DNA of 64,000 nt from an uncultured Candidatus Rokubacteria bacterium (lineage in GTDB: Bacteria; Methylomirabilota; Methylomirabilia; Rokubacteriales; DASRDR01). A program made the position numbers and the translations under genes. Below are positions 60,675 to 64,000 of this stretch, piece by piece. Location: contig CAWGVS010000003.1 of the NCBI GenBank assembly GCA_963826115.1, positions 128,001 to 192,000 on the forward strand. The letters run 5' to 3'. The notes beneath the pieces were generated by a model. It saw only the letters and a list, made by a program, of their open reading frames with translations, searched no databases and was not told the DNA's origin. The first letter of the stretch is position 1. The number at the start of each line of letters is the position of its first letter.

Positions 60675-60917
60675 TCAGGCGGGAAGGTTCTCCGGGACCG
60701 CGAGCGTCGTGTAGTCCACGAACCCGTAGTCGACGGGTCGCTTGAGCTTCCAGACGTCCCGATCGGTGAGGAAGACCCAGGAGATGCGCGTCATGACCAG
60801 CGCGACGCCCGACGGCCGGAGAGCCGGATACGCGTCAGGGGACCGAAGGTCCGCGAGCATCGAGCGCGCCGGCTCATCGCTCGCCATGGTGTCGTCCAGC
60901 TTGCCAGACCCCCTCAT
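60675..60917 (-). pseudogene. N-terminal remnant of an Rv2004c-like APH/AAA_33 kinase
   Basis: TRISWVFLTDRDVWKLKRPVDYGFVDYTTL matches the family N-terminus, then stops after about 80 aa. Confidence 0.75.
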
Positions 60918-61297
60918 CCACCTCCATCCGTCACCAGCGGGGGTAAAACTCGTTTGATGGCATCGAGGAACGCCCCGTTCGAGAACGGCTTCGCCAGGTA
61001 GACCTCAGCGCCGCTCTCCGTCGCCGCCTGCCTCGTTTGGGGGGAGTCGTACCCAGTGATCAGGATCACCGGGATCGGCGGCACCTGGCGGCGGGCGTGA
61101 CGGGTCACGGCCAGACCGTCCGCCCCGGGGAGCCGGAGATCCGCCACGACCAGATCCGGCCGTTCCCGGTCGATCATCGCCATCGCGTCGGGCCCCGTGT
61201 GGGCCCGAAGGGAGGCGTGACCGATCCTCTGGAGAAGGCGTTCACAGTTCGCGACAAGATCCGGCTCGTCATCGACAACCAAGATGGTTCGAGGCAT
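60914..61297 (-). CDS. single-domain response regulator (paralog of 53543..53935)
   Basis: TILVVDDEPDLV.NC.RLL, DLRLPG.DGL, VPPIPV, LAKPF.N shared with the first copy. Confidence 0.92.
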   Translation of the reverse strand: MPRTILVVDDEPDLVANCERLLQRIGHASLRAHTGPDAMAMIDRERPDLVVADLRLPGADGLAVTRHARRQVPPIPVILITGYDSPQTRQAATESGAEVYLAKPFSNGAFLDAIKRVLPPLVTDGGG

Positions 61298-61317
61298 CGT
61301 CACCGCCATGCGATGAA

Positions 61318-61333
61318 AGCAATCAGGATGCCA
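61318..61333 (-). promoter_or_regulatory. sigma54 promoter of the receiver-remnant-bEBP operon
   Basis: Minus strand TGGCAT-CCTGA-TTGCT. Confidence 0.82.
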
Positions 61334-61394
61334 CTCCCGGCAGGGTGGACTGACACCCCAGCGGCCCTTGCCAGCCGCGCGCGCGGGCGCCCTC

Positions 61395-61431
61395 TGGGGC
61401 GCCGCCGTCCCTATGGGTGCCCATCGCCCCA
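61395..61431. promoter_or_regulatory. candidate tandem UAS shared by divergent promoters
   Basis: TGGGGC-GCCGCC-GTCCCT (61395) and TGGGTG-CCCATC-GCCCCA (61414), 19 bp apart. Confidence 0.68.
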
Positions 61432-61483
61432 CCAGTACCCTGACAGAGCGCTACCAAGCCTCTGAGTCCAGCCGAATCCGCGC

Positions 61484-61499
61484 TGGCACCGCCGTTGCT
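61484..61499 (+). promoter_or_regulatory. sigma54 promoter (cytochrome-ackA)
   Basis: TGGCAC-CGCCG-TTGCT. Confidence 0.82.
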
Positions 61500-61673
61500 C
61501 CCGGAGCAGTCTGACGATCAGCAGGGGCCCGGCCGGGCGAGGTACCATGCTGGTGACCGGTGGCGAGATCATGGCCCGCGCGGTCATCCGGGGCCGGTTC
61601 GAGATCGGGCTCGGCAACCAGCCTCACGCGCCTGCCGAAGCCGTGGATTCTCCACCCAGGGAACCCGGAGGAG

Positions 61674-62020
61674 ATGATGACGCGCGCCGAAATCTCCCGC
61701 ATTGCTCTGATCTGCCTGTTGGCCGCGGGTCTCTGGACTCATCGGTGACCCGGCTCGACGCGCAGAGCCGAGCGGCGCTCGTCACGCAGGGACGGCAGCT
61801 CTACACGGACAAGGGCTGCTACGGCTGTCACACGGTGGGGGCCACCGGGACGCCCATCGCCCCGGACCTCCGCCGCGCGGCCACCCGCTATCCGGAGGCC
61901 AGTCTGGCGCGGTGGCTGCGTGACCCATCCGCTCAGGAACCAACGCGCCACATGCCGAATCTCGACCTGAGCGAAGCCGAGGCGAGCGCCCTCGCCGCTT
62001 ACCTGGCCACGCTCCCGTGA
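61674..62020 (+). CDS. mono-heme cytochrome c; signal peptide apparently frameshifted near 61740
   Basis: GGAGGAG RBS + MMTRAEISRIALICLLAAGLW in one frame; CYGCH, APDL, WLRDP, HMPN in another (ORF 61547..62020). Confidence 0.75.
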
Positions 62021-62129
62021 GAGCGACGCCCGCGAGGGCGCGTCGACATGTCCACGACAGGCCATGCGGACAGGTTCCGCGTGTGGCCTGACGGCAGCCC
62101 ACAAGCTGATGGTGATCGAGGAGGGAACG

Positions 62130-62333
62130 ATGCCACGTCCACGAAGCCCGCTTCAGCCGCCCCGGTCGAAGAAGGCCGGTCAACCGCCTCAGGAGCTCGC
62201 GGTCAGCCCACGGGTTCGCCGACGACAGAAGACTGCCACGACTGCGGTCCGCAAGGACACGACGATCTCTCAGCCCGCGCAGGATCCTCGCGCGCGCTGG
62301 CCGGCGTCGAAGCCGAAGTTCTCGAAGCGGTGA
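62130..62333 (+). CDS. small basic low-complexity protein
   Basis: GAGGAGGG RBS; 67 aa rich in K/R/P; stop 20 nt before ackA. Confidence 0.6.
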   Translation: MPRPRSPLQPPRSKKAGQPPQELAVSPRVRRRQKTATTAVRKDTTISQPAQDPRARWPASKPKFSKR

Positions 62334-62352
62334 CGGTCTCCCCCGTCCGGCC

Positions 62353-63565
62353 GTGATCGTCCTGGCCCTGAACTGCGGGAGCTCGTCGCTCAAGTTCCAG
62401 GTCTTCGCCCATGACCCCGCGGCGTCGTCGGGAGATGCCCGGCGCCTCGCCCGCGGCGGCGTCGACCGCATCGGGGACGAGGCGACCCTCGCCTTCCAGG
62501 CGGAAGGAAGCCCGGCGACTCGGACGCGCGAGCCCATCCGGGATCATGAGGTCGCAGTCCGCCAGGTGCTCGGCTGGCTGGCCGCGGGCGGGGCGTCACC
62601 GCACGGAGACGCGATCCGGATCGACGCGGTCGGACACCGTGTAGTCCACGGAGGCGACCGCTTCAGGGAGTCCGTCCTGATCGACGCAGGACGTGCTGGA
62701 CGCGATCCGGGCGCTCGAGACGCTGGCGCCGCTCCACAACGCCCCGAGCCTCGTGGGCATCGAGGCCGCCCGAGCCGCGCTCGGCCCCGACGTCCCCATG
62801 GTCGCCGCCTTCGACACGACCTTTCACGCCTCGATGCCCGAGCACGCGTATCGCTATGCCATCCCCCACGAGCTGGCCCTGACGCATCGCGTCCGACGCT
62901 ACGGCTTCCACGGACTCGCCTACCGCTCGGTCCTTGCCCGCTACGCTCAGGTGGTCGGAGGGCCGCGCGACCGCGTCACCATTGTCGCGTTTCACCTCGG
63001 GAACGGCTGCTCGGCGGCCGCGATCAAGGATGGGCGCTCGATCGATACCTCCATGGGCCTCACACCCCTGGAAGGTCTCGTGATGGGGACCCGGTCGGGC
63101 GACGTCGATCCCGCGCTGATCGGCTATCTCGCGCGCGTGGAGGGCGTGCCCGCCCAGGAGGTCGAGCGGTGGCTCAACGAGCGCGCCGGGCTACTCGGCC
63201 TGTCGGGCCGGAGCCGCGACATGCGGGACCTGCTTGCGCACGAGGGGGACGACCCGCGGGCCCGGTTGGCGGTGGACGTCTTCTGCTACCGGGCCCGCAA
63301 GTACCTGGGCGCCTACCTGGCGACGCTGGGCGGGGCCGACGCGGTCGTGTTCAGCGGCGGCATCGGCGAGCACGCCCCCGCGGTGCGCGCCCGCATCTGC
63401 GCCGGGATGGAATGGTGCGGCCTGGTCCTGGATCCCGGGCGCAACGCCGCCGCGGTCGGGCGCGAGGCTCGCCTGACCCCCGACGGGGCCGCCCTCCCCG
63501 CCTACGTGATCCAGGCCGACGAGGAGCGGATGATCGCCCAGGATGTCGTGGAGCGGGTCGCATGA
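62353..63565 (+). pseudogene. ackA: acetate kinase with a +1 frameshift near 62689
   Basis: LNCGSSSLK and GHRVVHGG in one frame; LAPLHN, FDTTFH, RYGFHG, HLGNG, TSMGLTPLEG, GGIGE in the next. Confidence 0.9.
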
Positions 63566-63625
63566 AGCGGCGGATCCCGCTGCCGATGGCCGCCGTCGGC
63601 GGCTTCGCGGCCCTCGGGCTGGCCC

Positions 63626-63663
63626 TGGGGCACCGGCGGGCGGGCCGGTGCACGGACGCCTCA
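63626..63663. promoter_or_regulatory. candidate tandem UAS (degenerate)
   Basis: TGGGGC half-site at 63626 and CGGTGC-ACGGAC-GCCTCA at 63646; 113 and 93 bp before the promoter. Confidence 0.4.
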
Positions 63664-63738
63664 CCGCCAGCCGTGAATTCGAAGGGCGCCGCGCCCCCTG
63701 AGTCCCACGAAATCGACCCATCCTCACCTAGTCCGTAC

Positions 63739-63754
63739 GGGCATTCCGGTTGCA
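63739..63754 (+). promoter_or_regulatory. sigma54 promoter (USP)
   Basis: GGGCAT-TCCGG-TTGCA. Confidence 0.72.
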
Positions 63755-63806
63755 CGGGCGAATGAGGGCGGGGTAGGCCATCAAGCTCCGCGGAAAGGAC
63801 ACGCCC

Positions 63807-64000
63807 ATGTACAGGCGCATGCTGGTTCCCCTCGATGGCTCCGAGGTGGCCGAAGCCATCCTGCCCTTCGCCGAGCAGGTCGCCGGCCCACTCGATGCAG
63901 AGGTCGTCCTCCTCCGCGTCATCGAGCCGCTCTCTCCGGTCGAGCTCGTGGCTACCGCCGGGGTCGTTGCCCCGGATACCTTCACGCTCCGAGACATCGA
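63807..64000 (+). CDS. universal stress protein, cut by window end
   Basis: AAAGGA RBS; MYRRMLVPLDGSEVAEAILPFAEQVA..EVVLLRV. Confidence 0.9.
   Translation, partial: MYRRMLVPLDGSEVAEAILPFAEQVAGPLDAEVVLLRVIEPLSPVELVATAGVVAPDTFTLRDI

Noticed and set aside
43255-61431. Idea that the palindrome is a DosR box or a REP/CRISPR-type repeat
   Set aside because: Half-site spacing differs from the DosR box and no NarL-type regulator is in the window. The copies are dispersed, degenerate and tied to promoter position, not arrayed with spacers.
62026-62039. CGCCC-GCGA-GGGCG hairpin after the cytochrome gene
   Set aside because: The stem is short with no U-tract, so it was not called a terminator.
44080-62700. 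Programmed ribosomal frameshifting at the CBS, ppsA, cytochrome and ackA breaks
   Set aside because: No shared slippery sequence or stimulatory structure is evident, and these families are not known to be recoded.
63562-63765. ORF MKRRIPLPMAAVGGFAALGLALG... overlapping the ackA stop
   Set aside because: The signal-like start degenerates and runs through the UAS and promoter region. It may be a remnant but is not supportable.

Overview
GC-rich bacterial DNA. The ABC substrate-binding protein at the left edge suggests a Rokubacteria/Methylomirabilota-like genome (inference only). Bases 1-5.3 kb hold ordinary transport and oxidoreductase genes. From about 11.6 kb to the window end lies a dense cluster of stress, dormancy and fermentation genes: six universal stress proteins, four CBS proteins, HPF, an aeRF1-superfamily protein, orphan GroEL, a BON protein, a PCMT-erythromycin esterase fusion, a P2-type ATPase, pfkB, class I aldolase, xfp, ackA, ppsA, glgP and tdh-kbl. 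This gene content closely parallels the mycobacterial DosR regulon. The intergenic DNA shows 13 clear and 2 weaker sigma54 (-24/-12) promoters, each oriented toward a downstream gene. Most are preceded at recurring distances (often 78-79 bp) by an 18-bp palindrome, TGGGGC-N6-GCCCCA, often as pairs 19-20 bp apart. The cluster also encodes a FixL-like PAS/GAF histidine kinase, an NtrC-family sigma54 activator and two paralogous stand-alone receiver proteins. Together these suggest a self-contained, sigma54-wired hypoxia/dormancy regulon with a candidate new enhancer motif. Four genes carry apparent single-base frameshifts, and several gene remnants are present. No rRNA, tRNA, CRISPR array or transposase was seen.
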